Assembly (NCBI RefSeq): GCF_018977255.1
Contig: NW_024704742.1
Span: forward strand, 46,812,001 to 46,876,000
Reading direction: 5' to 3'
DNA from: Callorhinchus milii
Taxonomy: Eukaryota
Length of the DNA stretch: 64,000 bases
Shown here: positions 1 to 12,328 of the stretch, piece after piece
Layout of the letters: each line of letters begins with the position of its first letter
How positions within the stretch are numbered: the first letter of the stretch is position 1
Program-made: the position numbers and the translations under genes
The notes under the pieces: model-generated
The model's database searches: none
Told to the model about the DNA's origin: nothing
What the model saw: only the letters and a program-made list of their open reading frames with translations

Positions 1-1152
1 CAATCTTATGTTCCTATAGAGTTTCCTTGTCACTATATTTGAAGTTTACGCTATCTCATGTGTTTCAGAAAGCTGTCAAACATCCTGTTCGCTTTAAATA
101 AATAATTTGACCGAATTCAGCCAATGTAACATAGCGCAAAATCATTTAAGCAAACAAAAGTGGGAGAAATAATCCAATCAAGTCTTCAGTCAAATTACTT
201 AAGATATGCATGATACCCGTGACATGTTTACTTCATTGGGAGAAGATAATCAATGTTTAAGGTTGTTTAAATGGTCTAATAAACCACATTACCTTAACAT
301 TCACTGCCTCAGTGGCAGAAATTGTACTGATAATTAACCTCTTTTGATTATTTCCAATGAAATGCCATTGGGTGCATCTGAAAACAATGCACCATAGGGA
401 TAAAAGCGAAAAACCTATTAACATGCATAAATAATCACATTTCCTGCACTCTGCTTTCCACATAGAAAGAACTGATTGAATATAAAAGACTCTCACTAAC
501 CCTAAATCACTGACTTTCAAATGTTGCTTTGAAGCCACAGCATCCTCTATAAATTTATAATTTATATTTTGAGCATGAAATATTTTTCCCCAAATCTGCA
601 ATTTCACTTCACCCTAATTTTACAGATCACTTGAAATTTGTGTAAACAGGAGTGACAGTAACATTAGGGGAACATATTGCTGAAACAGGAAATTAGTTAT
701 TTTGCAATCGGGTACTCTTGGGAATTGTCACAACTGCTTTATGTTTACAGTGATCGGCACCATGAGACAAACTTCTTAACTGAAGCATTTCCAGGTCAGA
801 GAATTGTGTTACAAGAAAGCTGAACACTTTCCATCAGTAACAGACGCTCAAACTGTTAAATCATTGAACAGTGTTACTTCAGCCATGAAGGAAGAATCTG
901 CAATTCTGAAATCATTTAGGCACATATTTGTGACTTGGACACAACATTTATTGGGGTGTACGTTGTAGCCCATGTATTTAGTTAGGACATCCACTCCGAT
1001 GTAATCTGCATCTGGGTTGGTGTGACCTACTTCTGGTTTCCAGATGGACTTGCTATCTGCAATTCATAGTCGTTATTTATGACTCCTGTTTGGAATTATT
1101 GCAATTTAGACCCATTTTCTTATAATTTGTCCACACTATTTTGTTAATCTAA

Positions 1153-1350
1153 GATTGGCTCAGTTAGAAGGTTGTGGTTTCAAGTCACATGGTTGAGATT
1201 AGGTTGACACTCATGGTTGACAATGCAGTGCTGGTGGGTGGGCTTCATTGTTGGAGGTGCTGTCCTTTATGAGATTGAATTGACATCTTGTCTGCCTGTC
1301 CAGGTGAATGTTAAAGATCCATGGCACTACTCAAAAAGAGAAGGGAGTTT
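1153..1350 (+). mobile_element. Degenerate Deu-domain SINE (SacSINE1-like), partial
   Basis: Head remnant ggctcagttagaaggttgtggtttcaag and Deu core ttggaggtgctgtcc...caggtgaatgttaaagatccatggcact align to the fuller copy at 2251-2664. Confidence 0.75.
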
Positions 1351-2250
1351 ACAAGTTGACCAAAAAAAGTGGTCAAAAGCAGTCAATAGTTATCACTAGC
1401 CTTAGGGTGGGAGAGGATATGAGCGGATTCACCCCTCAGGGCTCAGCTGTGACCCGTTCTACAGTTAGGTGTCCTGTTGAGCCACTGACAAGGCTCACGC
1501 TCAATCCTGAGTCCAGTGGAACTGTTAACTGGTTTTAATCGATAATTTTAGTTGATGTGATAATTATCACCGGTAATCATATCGTATTCTACAGTTGTGA
1601 GTCCCTTAAGCCATTTAGACAAACTGGGTCAGACTGAGCCCACATCTATTGTTAGCCAGTTCTGCTATTGAACTGATATAATTATCAGTTCAATGTGGGG
1701 CATGGAATCACATAGTTTAAACTTCTGCTAGTCATTGATTTAATAAGCATGGAATGCAGTTGTCACAAGCAACCAGTCCATACAGAGTACGTCTGACAGG
1801 GATTGACTTCCTCTTGTATAGCTACACTACTTCCATGTACAGGTGCTTCACATGTAAAATCTAAATGAACTGAGCATTGGGGGAACAATATTCTACTTGA
1901 ATAAAATGTCATTGTCAGTCAGTGCTTCGCTCAACATTGATATTTGGGAGTATGCGGATTTCATTATCCAGCCGTCCTATGCTACTGTACACCAATTTTA
2001 GATGCCGGAGTGCTTCTGTGACTCCCCTCTAATTGAGATTTTTCATATTCATCGCTTTCTGTATGACAGCAATTCGAAATGAAAAAGAAAGAAAGCTATG
2101 GCAAATTAAGCTTAAATATCTAATTTTTCTTAAGTGGCAGACACTTAGGAAAAGCTCATGAATACGATTTGCATGAAATCTTCCCTGAAATAATCCTTCA
2201 AATATCTTGTTTTTTGGTCAGCTAGGAGTCTGACATTTGTCATTGCTATA

Positions 2251-2664
2251 TGTCAGCCAGGCTCAGTGGTAGCACTCTTACTTCTGAGTCAGCAGGTTAT
2301 GAGTCAAAGCCCCACATTGGGACATGGAATCACATCGTCTAAGCTGACACTGCAATGCAGTGCTCGGGATGTGTTGCATTGTTAGAGATGCCATCCTTCG
2401 GATGAGACGTTAAACCGAGATCCGGTCTGCCTGTTCAGGTGGATGTTAAAGATACTTTGGCACTATTCGAAAAGAGAGAGTTTCTCCCAATGTCCCCCAA
2501 ATAAAATTGCTCACTTGCTCCTTGGTTTTTGTGGGACATTGCTGTGCACAAATTGGTTGCCGTGTTTTGTCCATAAAATACACAGTCAATTCTCTTTACA
2601 GGATAGCACTTTGAGACGTCTCGACAACGTGTAAGGCACTATATCAAGTGCAAGGATTATTATT
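2251..2664 (+). mobile_element. Deu-domain SINE (SacSINE1-like), near full length
   Basis: tRNA-like head (tgtcagccaggctcagtggtagcactc), Deu core (cttcggatgagacgttaaaccgag...caggtggatgttaaaga...gtgggacattgctgtgcacaaattgg), L2-type tail and (att)n end. Confidence 0.9.
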
Positions 2665-2761
2665 AATATTAAGAGTATCCAACTCAGACAGAGTTTTCCA
2701 TGGATGTGAAACTTCCCTATGTCTGAAATGGAAGCTTCTCTCTGCTTGGCCAGCCGAGACA

Positions 2762-3024
2762 ATCCTATCTGTTAGTGCCTTGTCTTGCAGGGTTAACAGG
2801 AGCTGAGCGGGAAGAATCCCTGCTCCTAGTTATCTCAGTCCTTGAATGTATCCACTATTATTACCATTGCCTTTTCCACCAAGGTACTAGAAGATATCCC
2901 AGAGATTCATTCAAATATGTCGAGATTTTATTTAGCTCCCAAAGTAGGAAGAAAGTTCAGTTTTGAAGTTTGTTCTTTCAATGAACAGTGCAACAACAAC
3001 AACAATAACTTGCATTTATATATC
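2762..3024 (+). repeat. Local direct duplication, copy 1 (partner 4158-4416)
   Basis: About 260 bp aligns colinearly with 4158-4416 with scattered substitutions and small indels. Confidence 0.95.
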
Positions 3025-3313
3025 GCCCCTCATGTATGGTAGCATCCCAGATTGCTTCACAGTGGCGGAGCACGACACCGAGCCAGGGAAACTTTACCGT
3101 AGGCATGGTTGAAGAGGAAAGTCTTCAGGCGTGATCTGAAGATGTGGAAGCGAGAGACAAAGTGGAGGGATAGAGGTAGATTGTTCCAGAGTTTCGGGGC
3201 GTAGTGGCTGAAAGTGTGGCCACTGATGGTGGAACAGAGGGCATGAGGGACATACAGTAGGCTGGAGTCAGTTGAGCGGAGGCAGCGGCTAATGGGTTGG
3301 GGAGTAATAGATT
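2991..3313 (-). mobile_element. Old L2 LINE 3' fragment
   Basis: (caa)n plus cttgcatttata tail seen on +; the minus-strand ORF 3125-3331 overlaps the degenerate L2 ORF2 C-terminus. Confidence 0.8.
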
Positions 3314-4157
3314 GTTCTTATTGCTGTTCAAAAAATGTGTTATTCAACTATCTTCTTCAATTCTGTGTCTTGAGGGACCAGATTTGTTGTCTCCAATTGA
3401 GCTGTCTCAGCTAAGTAAGCATTGATGTACCCAAATTGATGGACGGATCAAAAGCAAAGTAAAGCTCCCACTCCCACATCTTACAACTTCAGCCTCAGAA
3501 ATGCATCAGAGACCTTCAGCAATAAATCAATCAATCAGAGTTAGTTGCAAATGAAAGTACCAAGTCTTCTGTATCCCCTAGAGTTCAGCAGTGTGTTTGG
3601 CAGCCATCCCCAGTGCTCCTAATGTGAGGATAGGGGAGCAGATCGTATGACACACATGTTTTCATAATATATAAGGGGCAAATGAAGGGTCACTTCAAAA
3701 TAAATGCTTTCAGCATTACTATTTGCCACACATCGATTTTACTTATCATAATAAACAATAAATATCTTGAATTTGATGCAGCACCTTTCACATTGGGAGG
3801 TTGTCTCAAAGCGCTTCACAGGATATACTGTAAAGTGGAGAGATTGTGTGTTTTGTTGACAACTTTATTGATAAAACATTACTTTTAACATTCCTGTTAT
3901 AAGAAACATTGGGGTAAAAGTTTCAGTAGTTTTAAGGCATTGCTTGTGTGAAATAAGGAAAATTTGAGCACCACAAGTAGTTGGCACACTGCTCTCTGGG
4001 TAAGTGGAATTGTTCTGCTGAAGCCACACCATTTGTTTTAGAATCTGATGATTTTTTAAGTATAATCTGCGGGGGGACTTTGACTTTTTGTCATTAAGCA
4101 CATATTTTCTGAGCTAGATTAACAAAAGAGAGAAGCCATGCCCACTCTGCTGCGCTC

Positions 4158-4416
4158 ATCCTACCTGTTAGTGCCTTGTCTTGCAGGGTTAACAGGAGCT
4201 GAGCAGGAAGAATCCCTGCTCCTAGTTATCTCAGTGCTTGAATGTATCATTATTATTACCGTTGCTTTACCGCCAAGGTACTAGAAGATATCCCAGAGAC
4301 TTCATTCAAATATATCAAGATTTTATTTAGCTCCTAAAGTAAGAAGAAAGTTTAGTTTTGAAGTTTGTTCTTTCAATGAACAGTGCAACAACAACAATAA
4401 CTTGCATTTATATATC
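4158..4416 (+). repeat. Local direct duplication, copy 2 (partner 2762-3024)
   Basis: Colinear match to 2762-3024 that stops about 30 bp into the L2 tail. Confidence 0.95.
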
Positions 4417-4439
4417 ACATATATTTATAACTTTAAAGA

Positions 4440-4578
4440 GGAACAGGTTGCCAGGATGGGTAGTTGAGGCTTGGCTACTGGAGGCATTTTAAAAGCAGCT
4501 TGATGCTGTGATGGTCGGGCAATAGGGTGGGTACTCTGGAAGGATAGGATCAGATGGGTCATAGGATCTTATTCATCA
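4440..4578 (+). mobile_element. Old CR1-family 3' fragment
   Basis: ggaacaggttgccaggatgggtagttgagg...cagcttgatgctgtg...gatgggtc; related to copies at 10428, 17115, 28471 and 38379. Confidence 0.7.
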
Positions 4579-5296
4579 AAAATGATGGTTCCAAGGTTTG
4601 TCAAGGGCCTAAAAAAAATCATTGGATTGGGAAACAAAATGTCGTTGTGCGATTTGGAAGAGAATGATTCCACTTACCTGGTACTCTATCTACTAGTAGT
4701 TATCAAATGTTAACACAAGGAATGCTTCTAAATGACCACAAATTGTACATGGTGATCAGTTATTTTCTAAACAGACTTGATTTAATTGCTACTTCAACCA
4801 ATAGCTGTCACTATGTTGACTGTCATTGTAATAGTGATTGGCATTATTTTCCTTACCGGGGTATTGTCTTCAAAGCTGCACTTTCTTGCAGACAGCTGTC
4901 TTTGTGTATTCTGTACTGGGAAAAGTAATAGAGACTGCTGCTTATAGTAATCTATAAAAAAAAGTTCTATGAAACCGCATTATGCAATATTATTGATGAT
5001 TAGATGAGTCATGGACATTCACATGAATTTCTCTTTCCTACAAACAACATCTTATGTTTCCAGTATTTGGCTGCAGGCTCCACTATACAGCACTTTGAAA
5101 TACAACTGCAGTACCTGGAAATAATGATTTATCACAATTGCATCTTCTCCCTCCCTGCAACTTGGTCATTTTTCAAAACTTTCAGTACATGAGAGTAAGC
5201 AGGAAACCAGCCTGTTAAACGTAATATTTTCAGGGACTCTACTGCATATACTCAATCCCCTAATTTTGCATAGATACTTCCAGAAGTTTGAAATAC

Positions 5297-5511
5297 CTCA
5301 AGTTCTCAGCCTTAACACCATTGTCTTAAAATTTAAGGTTGTGCAGAATTTGGCAATATTCTTAAATTCAGTCTTAATTCGGAAACCAATTTGCTGCAGT
5401 AAAAGCAAACCTGTGGAAAACCGAAATCCAAATTAAAACTGAATTCATGAGTTTTCCACATTTTGGTAAAATCTTTAATTTTAACACAATGTACTTGGGC
5501 TGATACCATGA
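5297..5511. repeat. Imperfect palindromic (MITE/fold-back-like) element
   Basis: Arm 5319-5383 is the approximate reverse complement of 5427-5491; related arms occur at about 15965-16180 and 33071-33133. Confidence 0.7.
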
Positions 5512-5626
5512 GAAAACATTGGGGTCTTAATTCTTAGTAATAATAATATTTATTATCACATCAGGTGAATATTAAAAACGGTTTCACAGAACATATTGTA
5601 TCGTGGAGTGACTGTGTGTTTTGTAA

Positions 5627-5733
5627 CCTTGAAGGAGGCAAGGGAGAGGGTGAGGCAGGCAGAGGGGCTTAGGAATGAAGTTCCAGAGAGGGGAGGCAGA
5701 AAGGCTGAAAGACCGACTGCCGATAATGGAGCA
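5627..5733 (-). mobile_element. L2 LINE short fragment
   Basis: ccttgaaggaggcaaggg...gaagttccagag...ggctgaaagaccgactgccgataat matches the 3' region of other L2 copies. Confidence 0.7.
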
Positions 5734-6649
5734 GACCAGCCAAACCAGTGCCTTCGTTCACACTCATGGACTTCTACACAGAATTAAACACATTACATTC
5801 TAATCTTTTTTTCTCTCTAGCCCAAGGTCACTGTTATGTTTTGTACAGCCTCCATTGTCACCTTGCTTCAGACTTGCTAACTCAATACAAACTTTGCATT
5901 AAACCTGTGACCTTCCCGGACTGTATGATTCAGTGTTACTCTTCACTGCAGATCCAGTCACTGAGTCACTGGATGCTTTGTTTACCATTCATCTTATACA
6001 AGTAACGCTAATCAATATTTTGGATTTGAAAATCAACCCATTCTACAAAAAATAGACTGCTACAAAAGGCAAATAGAAACATTGCTTGACCAGAAATATG
6101 ACAGAAATTTGCAAAAATTGGGTTTCCACCAAAAGATATATTTGTCACTGTCAGAGGCTGGAGCAGAGATTGATAAACATCAAAGTTAACACTGGTATAT
6201 GTGCTTTGTTTGGAGAGAAAAGAAACATGGTTCTGCCACTAGCAAAAACAAGATACAATAGAAGCCATGGAAACGTTGGAAGACGAATAGATCTTTAATG
6301 GTGGGTGCTAAAAATTAAAATGGACGTTGCCGCTTAAATAATTGTTTGCGTACATACTGAACAACAAAGAAATATTAAATGTGTAATGGCATGAATCATA
6401 TTAAGGAGAAACTGGACACCGTTTTGAGGACCCATTTTGTGGGTTTGGTGAAAGGGCTCATTGCACTTTCTGAAACTTGCTAAAGTGAGTAAAAAGGCAG
6501 AGAGTGAAATGGCACATTGTTTCACACTCCAAACTTTGTTTGTTGACTTTTGGAGAAAGCAAATAGCACTTTTACAAATGCCTTAACAGAAACAACAACT
6601 TGCATTTGTATAGTGCACTTTACATAGGATTTTATTCAAGACAAATGGG

Positions 6650-6748
6650 AAATCTCCATGCAGAGGTGACATACATATATGAGTCTGAGTCTGGCTTGGA
6701 TACTTAAATGGGTTTCCATATGTGTCAGGCACCCAGTAACAAAAAAAA
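6650..6748 (-). repeat. Unclassified dispersed repeat, copy 1 of 3
   Basis: Reverse complement (gggtgcctgacacatatggaaacccat...agtatccaagccagactca) matches 35590-35700 and 62397-62503. Confidence 0.65.
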
Positions 6749-6802
6749 GGCTAAGATTAGATGGAACGTTAGGCCTCTGGAGCTGGGCAAAACCAAAAGG
6801 TC

Positions 6803-6916
6803 ATAATAATAATAATCCTTGCATTTGATATTGTGCTTTATCACATTTTCGTGACATCTCAAAGCGCTTCACAGAATATAGTGTAAAGTGAATTGACTGT
6901 ATATTTTGTAGGCAAA
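6803..6916 (-). mobile_element. 5'-truncated SINE tail (Deu/CmiSINE shared 3' end)
   Basis: (aat)n ccttgcatttgata...aaagcgcttcacagaatata...aaagtgaattgactgtatattttg. Confidence 0.85.
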
Positions 6917-7127
6917 GTGCCCAGAAATATAGAATGTGTATTATCGTGATGTCGCTATGTATGTTCAGCAACACAATCCTCTATTACATAGGAAATAGTT
7001 AGAGTTGGATTAGCAAGGGTAATTTACCTCTATTTAATGACATGCAGAGAAGGCAGCAAGGGTATGCTGAGTGATATTAATACCAGTCCACATATTCCAA
7101 TATATGGTTTGTCCTGTAATGAGTAAG

Positions 7128-7350
7128 AAAGAACTATATCATTGTAGAGCTTTATCACATTCAAACATCTTCACAATTTGCTTCACAAATGCAACAACTG
7201 TTTTTGTAGACCAGTATAGTAGTCAATTGAATCAGCAAGGTCCCACAAATAGACTGTGATGTAAAAGACTAATTAAACTGGAGGATTTGGGGCCAGGAAA
7301 CCGAGAGGAGCTCCCTTCTCTTACAAACAATTTCAGGGAATTTTTAATGT
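7128..7350 (-). mobile_element. Degenerate Deu SINE interrupted by L2 (a remnant resumes near 8329-8366)
   Basis: cagcaaggtcccacaaatag...ggccaggaaaccgagaggagctcccttctc...tttaatgt is the antisense Deu core. Confidence 0.65.
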
Positions 7351-7362
7351 ATACATGAAAAA

Positions 7363-8311
7363 ACAACAAGATTATATTTGTATAGCGCCTTTCACGTCTG
7401 GAGGACGTCCCAAGGCCTGGACAGAGTCCAGCATTTCAGACCTGGCTGGGGGGGAGAAGGGAGGGGAGGGGAGGGGAAGGGGGGTGGCCGATGGTATGGT
7501 CGCAGAGGAGGGTCTTGAGACGGGACTTGAAGGAGGCTAAGGAGCGGGCAAGGAGGAGTGACTGGAGGATGGAATTCCAGAGGTTGAGGGCAGAATGGCT
7601 CAAGGCTCTTCCGTAATGGTGGTACTGGTGGGTCGGGGGACGTGGAGCAGGGGAAAGCAGGCGGGTTGGTAGGGGTTTAGGAGGTCGCAGAGGTAGGGTG
7701 GGGCGAGGCCATGGAGGGCTTTGTATGTGAGGACCAGGATCTTGAACTGGATCCTCTGAAGGATAGAGAGCCAATGGAGTCGGGCGAGAGTGGGGGTGAT
7801 GGGGTCATGGAGTTTGGTGCGGGAAAGGACACGGCTGCAGAGTTCTGGATTATCTGCAGCCTGTGGAGGGAGGAGTTGGGAAGGCCGACAAGCAGGGTGT
7901 TTGCATAGTCGAGCCTAGAGGTGATGAAGGCATGAACAAGAGTTTCAGTGGCCTGAGGGGTGAGGTAGTGGCCGAGTCGGGCGATGTTACGGAGGTGAGG
8001 GAAGGCAGAGCGGGTCATGGCTTGAATGTGGGGGAGAAAAGACAGTTGAGAGTCAAACAAGACACCAGGTCCCTGACTGGCTGGTGAGTTGTAGTGTGCA
8101 ACCATGGAGGTTGATGCTGCCAGAGCCTGAGGTGCTGAGGCGCTGGCATGAGCCAATCAGGAGGGCCTCAGTCTTGTTCACATTCAACTGTAGGAAATTT
8201 GCCCTCATCCAGGACTTGATGTCCGACAGACAGTCTGTCAGGACAGCAGTGGTCCTGGAGTTGAGGGTGGAGGCAGAAAGATAGAGTTGGGTGTCATTCG
8301 CATACATATGG
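7363..8311 (-). mobile_element. L2 LINE, 5'-truncated ORF2 fragment (RT C-terminal part plus 3' end)
   Basis: Minus-strand ORFs read MYANDTQLY (YADD-type motif), LQLNVNKTEALL and LVHAFITSRLDYANTLL; L2 tail present; imperfect TSD atacatg(t)aaaaaacaa at 7351-7366 and 8312-8328. Confidence 0.95.
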
Positions 8312-8367
8312 ATACATGTAAAAAACAAGCTCCAAATGAGGCCTAGATTATGAGCTCAAGCCCTGAT

Positions 8368-8581
8368 ATAATAATAATACTTGCAGTTGATACAGCGCCT
8401 TATCACATCTTCGAGACGTCTCAAAACGCTTCACAGAATATACCGTAAAGTGAATTGACTATATTTTGTGGGTAAAACATGGCAGTCGTTGCACACAGCC
8501 TCAGTTTCCCACAAACATTGATGGATTGAGTGACCGCATTTTTTTTCTTTTTTTTTAAGGGATTATTACTCCCGGAAAAGC
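8368..8581 (-). mobile_element. CmiSINE-like SINE, long variant, 5'-truncated
   Basis: (aat)n tail, shared 3' region and gggattattactcccggaaaagc linker as in 28782-29166. Confidence 0.85.
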
Positions 8582-9604
8582 ATACATTTAAAAATGAAAA
8601 TCATAAATAAAGCCAGAGTTTGTTTTAAACAAAAGAAATATTCAATTCTCTGCCACAGAGTCCTTCAGTTTGTTTTAGGTCAATTAGGGGATTTAGGTAA
8701 ATTAGGAAACTTTAAATATTTGTAAAAGAAAAACATTAAACGTTATTGGGGGAGTGACCAGAAGAGTGCCTGAATTAATGGAGAGAAAGACCAGTGCAGA
8801 CATGATTTCCTAAATAAGGAGAAGAAGGGAATGCAAATCCCTGATATATGAGGCTTGAATTATTATCAGGGAACTAAAAGTGCTATTTTAGCCTATCCTT
8901 AGAATACTTGATGGTGAATCCCTTCCTCCAGAGCCTCTAGGCATGTGGTAATGATAGTGAAGTGCCATCTGTGACAACTGTGCCTGATGTACCTCTTTGA
9001 CATCTGTAGCAGACTTTGCCGCTTGTACAGAACCATTCAGAGGTGCCCCTGTGGAGGATCAGCCATAAGTGTGAAGCCTCCTGTCTCTTCACAGCCCGGT
9101 ATTGTCACAATTGTGTTTTCAAATTAAAATTTATTTTTGAATATATCCGTTTTCTGCTATGCTTTTTGAGTTTGAGTACAGAAATACATTTTGTAGTGTC
9201 AAATATAACGTGTTCTGAATAAGTCTGGCAAGCAGAAAACCTAAAGTGGGATGGGACCCAATGAGATTGCATGAGAAGGCCAAATATCGCTTTCCAAAGC
9301 ACCCAAGAACTATGCTGTTGCCTCAACTTGAGGAAAAGTGACTGTAAACTACAAAATACACTGTCACTACACTTTACAGTAAATCCCCCCCTCCCCCCTA
9401 TATGAAATGCAAAGATTATTATTTTATTTTATTAACACAAGACTTATCATTGACCATTTGTACCTCATTGATCACGCTTTCAGTCATCTTTCCCATCCCC
9501 ACCCCTTTTGTTTCCCATCCCTAGCTTGGTTGCCCAGTCAGCAGTATCAAGATGATCTCCTGACATAAAAGGCGCTATGTAAATTGCATTGTATTATAAC
9601 TAAG

Positions 9605-9680
9605 GAACGCTCTGGCAGCAAGCACTCTGGAGCGCTACCCTGCCCGAGGGGGGCTATATAAATGCAAGTTGTTGTTGTTG
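9605..9680 (+). mobile_element. Old L2 tail fragment
   Basis: gctatataaatgcaagttgttgttgttg terminus. Confidence 0.7.
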
Positions 9681-10427
9681 TAAGGAATATCAAAGTCATG
9701 TTTTCATCACTTATTTCTTTGTTTTTTCAATGTTCAAAAAAATCTTATTAAATTAGAAAATCTGCCCTCACTAATTTTCTCCCATTTTGGATACAAAAAA
9801 TATACCACGAAAATACTTTTTTTATTATTTTGTGCATAAAAAAGCAGCTTTAATAGTCCTTAACCATTACCATTCTTTTCTCCCCAGTATGAACTGTGAA
9901 CATATTCTGTAATTCACCTATTACTAGTTTATATGTACTGTATTATAAATCACAGCATTAGGAAATTATATTGGTTTGTAAGCAATTATACAATATACAA
10001 TTAGAAGGCTAAAATGGGTACTAAATGATGATTTAATTCATGGATGTCTTGGTAGGTGATGGCTGGTTCTAGTACTGTCATGTATGACAGAGCTCTTTTG
10101 ATCATGAGACAAAAAAAAGAGTGTTAACCTCAAGCAAAGAGGAAAGTGAGAATATGTCACAGAAAATACAATAAGCAAAGGACCAGGGAACTGTTATGAC
10201 AAGGAAGCTGGCAATCGGTAAACAAAAATCAGTTTGATGGACAAGCTGACATGGTTGTGATGAAATCCCAGATGAGATCCCAACAGAGTTGAATATCAAC
10301 CCTTTGTCAGGACGTCAAGCAGGAGAAACAGCAACAGTGATCTTTATCTTTCAAACTGACAATCTGGGAAACAAACCCAGCTCTACAGCTTTTCAACGAA
10401 CTTCTGAATAATAATTTAGAATGCATC

Positions 10428-10670
10428 AGGACAGTAGAACAAGCGGACAGAGATTTAGAGTTGCAAAGGGCAATTTCAGAGCAGGTACCAGGAAGTTTTT
10501 CTTTACCCGGAGGGTAATGGCTAGAGCAGTTTGCTCGGGAGGATGGTTGAGACCAGAACACTGGACTTGTTCGAACAACAGCTTGATGCTGTGAAAGTGA
10601 GGTGCGTGTTCCAGTGGGGTGAGAGCAGATGGGCTGTAGGGCCTTCTACACCCAAATTAACCTTGTGATC
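10428..10670 (+). mobile_element. Old CR1-family 3' fragment
   Basis: aggacagtagaacaagcggacag...gcaaagggcaatttcag...aggaagtttttctttacc (CR1 ORF2 C-terminal region) followed by 3' UTR. Confidence 0.8.
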
Positions 10671-11387
10671 TTTTGAACTGGACTACTGAGACCACAACAG
10701 AGGATGAACTCAATTCCAATAACAGCGATCTCACTGAGCGAGAATGCAAGATAATTCCAAGTAATTTCAGGCAACTTTGAGTGTTATTGTCATCTAAAAG
10801 TCGCAAGAAGAATTCCAGACCTGTTTTACCATTGTTTCATAAATAGGAAATGGAATGTGTTTTGGAATATAGAAATCTTAACCCATATTAACTATATTAT
10901 CATAAGTAAAGAGTTTAAATGCAACCATATACTTTTGGAGCTCAGCAGGTCTTAAATCTTTTTAAATCCTGCATCTTTTTTATTCTGAGAATATTTTATA
11001 TAGGCATTTTAGCCTTCAGACAAATAGCTTAACTTTGTATTTTCTTCGGTTCTTAATAAATTATAAATGTTCCTGTCTAGAGCTGTTATGACTGTACTCT
11101 GTTATCAGCATGCCTATACTTTGACCTTTAAAATTCCCCTGACAGGAAGCTAACATTAATCTAATTAGGTTTTGGCGACGCAGGATACCATATTGCAAGC
11201 TTTGAAATCTCAGTCCAGCACAGGGCCTGAGCCCATATTGCTTCATCCCATTTCACTGTGCTGTTAAATACAAATCGCTTTGCAGAAAAATATCAAATAT
11301 CCAAAAAATAAATATGTACTGTCTGGCATTAACAATCAAGGGAAGTATGCATTATCATTAATGATAATTATCACAGGGACCAAATAT

Positions 11388-11535
11388 GTCACAAGATCAC
11401 AGGAGAGGTTGAGATGAAGAAGGCCCTTCGGCCCATTTGATCTCATCCTTCCAGAACTCCCATCATAATATCATCCTGTCTTTCAAATGAGTCCTGGACT
11501 CAACCACCTTTCTGGTAACCTGTTTCAGTGAATAA
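11388..11535 (-). mobile_element. Old CR1-family 3' fragment
   Basis: tcacaagatcac...gaaggcccttcggcccatttgatctcatccttcc is antisense to the 3' UTR of the 17115 copy. Confidence 0.75.
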
Positions 11536-11596
11536 TTACAACAACAACAACTTGTATTTATATAACTCCCTTTACACGGGGCAGTGTCTCGGAGCA

Positions 11597-11995
11597 TTAT
11601 CACATTGTCTAGACATCTTAAAGTGCTTCACAGGATATCCTTTAAAGTGGATTGACTGTGTATTTTGTGGGCAACCAGTTTGTGCAGTAATGGCCAACAA
11701 TCAGCCATGGAGTGAGTGACAGATATTGTTTTTTATTTGGGGGGTTTGTTGGCGAGGACATTGGGAGAAACTTCCTTCTCTTTTTGAATTGTGCCATGGG
11801 CTCTTTAATATCCACCTAACGGACATCATTTTAAAGTCTCACCTGAAGGATGGCACCTCTGACAATGTATTACACGCCCATCACTGCATTGGAGTGTCAG
11901 CTTAGACTATGTGAATCTAAGGCCCGACGTGGGGTTTGAACAAACAACCTTCTGACTCAGAGGTGAAACTGCTACCACTGAGCCAGGCTGACACA
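11597..11995 (-). mobile_element. Deu-domain SINE, near full length (a short L2 tail abuts at 11538-11596)
   Basis: Antisense Deu core and head ending ctgactcagaggtgaaactgctaccactgagccaggctgacac. Confidence 0.9.
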
Positions 11996-12328
11996 TGAGG
12001 ACAGCTTCCAGTCAATAAACTACTCAGTTATCTCATCAATAATTAAAGAACAGAATGGATTTAGGAACACTGCATATTTTGACTTTGGTAGCTCTAGGGA
12101 ATGAACTAGTACCACCTGTATAGGCTTGATGGGTCAAATGGCCTCTTCCTATGCTGTAATTTCTGTGATTCCATGCAGTTCACAGGGCAAATAAACCAAA
12201 TGGACACCTCAACAAGGCCGCAATAATTGATCATATTTTCCATTAGATTGCAGTTTTCATTTCATTAAATTTCTATCTTATGTGTACAAATTCGCCTTGT
12301 CCTATTTGTCTGTGGAGTGCCTTCAACT

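Noticed and set aside
257..607. 116-aa minus-strand ORF
   Set aside because: AT-rich, non-ATG start and no recognisable motif, so likely a chance ORF.
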